A stretch of 33,000 bases of DNA. Origin: Neoechinorhynchus agilis. Taxonomy: Eukaryota; Animalia; Acanthocephala. The stretch's first letter is position 1. Every line of letters begins with the position of its first letter. This document shows, piece after piece, positions 32,025-33,000 of the stretch. The stretch lies in NCBI GenBank assembly GCA_051530055.1, contig CM121341.1, forward strand, positions 17,741,784 to 17,774,783, written 5' to 3'. The notes under the pieces were generated by a model. The model saw nothing but the letters and a program-made list of their open reading frames with translations, was not told the DNA's origin and searched no databases. The translations under genes and the position numbers were made by a program.

Positions 32025-33000
32025 TTACCAAAATTTAGGACATTCGATCACCTTTACATTTGATGACAAGATTTTAGCACAAGGCTCAGCTGCTTCAGAT
32101 TTTTGAACAAAACCAACTATAAATGCCTGATCTATATCTGCATCCACGTTAAATTGAGCGCAGAATTCTAGGGCATCTTTGGAAGGCATGACAGCCAACA
32201 AACCGCCAGAAGTTTCGGCAGCTCTTCCACTTAGGAGTTTGAATGGATTCCCGAGAGCATCGTCAAACTCGCTTGTAGACTTGATTAAGGGAAGTGTATT
32301 GAATACAAAGTCCACTTTTTCCACTTGATGTTCTGCTAGGTTCTGAGCATGGCCAAGAAGACCGAATCCAGTTACGTCCGTTATCGCATGAGTTTCAAAT
32401 TGTTTCAGGAGTTTCGCAGCGCGGAGGTTAAGACGGGTCATTATCTTACTAGAGAAGTTGTAGACTCGCTTGACTTCCTCCGGATCGAATTTCGATTGAA
32501 TAATTGCCCACTTTGATGGATTTAACATCATTTGATGGACGTTGACAGCTACTTGGATACCGAGAGGCTTTGTAAGAACGATTACATCGCCAGGTGTGGC
32601 TCTTGTAGATATCACGATTTCATGGAAAGGAACAACACTAGATGCAACGCCACCTAATAATACCCATTCATTGACAAAAAGTCGTTGGTCAGTAACCGTA
32701 ATGCCGGCTTCATGGGCAGAGTCTTCGAATCCACGATATATCTCACGGTAAACTGCAGAACGAAGACTGTGGTCCTCTGATTCGTCCTTAGAATCAAGAG
32801 CAGTGGATATCCCACATATAAACGTCAGATTATTCACTTCGGTTACTCCAGTGGCATAAATATCCGAAAGGACATTGGCACAAGTAATTTTACCCATTTC
32901 GTAAGGTTCTTCGATCAGTGGATAGAAATAATCGATTGTTTGTACAAGAAAAAGGTCGGTACCAGGGATCTTTATTACACACGAATCCAAACCAATACCA
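32025..33000 (-). CDS. SEPHS2: Selenophosphate synthetase (SelD family), SPS2-type by SECIS; N-terminus beyond window edge
   Basis: GIGLDSCVI, LVQTIDYFYP, GKITCANVLSDIYA, GDVIVLTKPLG, AITDVTGFGLLGHAQNLA and ETSGGLL motifs. The reading frame is open to base 33000. SPS2 rather than SPS1 is inferred from the SECIS; the Sec codon itself lies outside the window. Confidence 0.9.
   Translation of the reverse strand, partial: GIGLDSCVIKIPGTDLFLVQTIDYFYPLIEEPYEMGKITCANVLSDIYATGVTEVNNLTFICGISTALDSKDESEDHSLRSAVYREIYRGFEDSAHEAGITVTDQRLFVNEWVLLGGVASSVVPFHEIVISTRATPGDVIVLTKPLGIQVAVNVHQMMLNPSKWAIIQSKFDPEEVKRVYNFSSKIMTRLNLRAAKLLKQFETHAITDVTGFGLLGHAQNLAEHQVEKVDFVFNTLPLIKSTSEFDDALGNPFKLLSGRAAETSGGLLAVMPSKDALEFCAQFNVDADIDQAFIVGFVQKSEAAEPCAKILSSNVKVIECPKFW

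Noticed and set aside
1-33000. CRISPR arrays, tRNA, rRNA and spliceosomal snRNA genes
   Set aside because: No regularly spaced repeat-spacer array. TTCGA-type hits fall inside coding regions without a cloverleaf, and no U1/U2/U5/U6 hallmark sequences were seen.

Overview
Eukaryotic (metazoan-type) nuclear DNA: AT-rich, gene-dense, with short GT-AG introns (about 29-240 nt). The organism cannot be identified from the sequence alone. Recognisable genes: mitochondrial ribosomal protein bL19m (MRPL19), a crotonase/enoyl-CoA hydratase, a kexin/furin-family proprotein convertase, an OTU deubiquitinase-domain protein, a tail-anchored LEM-domain protein, and selenophosphate synthetase (cut by the window edge) with a well-formed type II SECIS in its 3' UTR. 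There is also a decayed APE-RT non-LTR retrotransposon (RTE-like) and several unidentifiable spliced genes. Three signals fall outside the ORF track. (1) About 9 minimal hammerhead-ribozyme (HHR) motifs plus 2 HHR-like relics of the Penelope-like-element type (CUGANGA-[N]-stem II-GAAA-UAU-H, usually followed by AATAAA) lie on both strands between genes. Several have an upstream inverted truncated copy, and one is bracketed by a 12-bp direct repeat; no Penelope ORF was found in the window. (2) Two tandem paralogous spliced micro-genes (ATG|intron|exon) encode 28- and 25-aa Cys-rich hydrophobic peptides. (3) The LEM protein carries an array of Pak1-like (RDxxTSP) putative LC8-binding motifs. All RNA structures and splice models were derived by eye and are untested.
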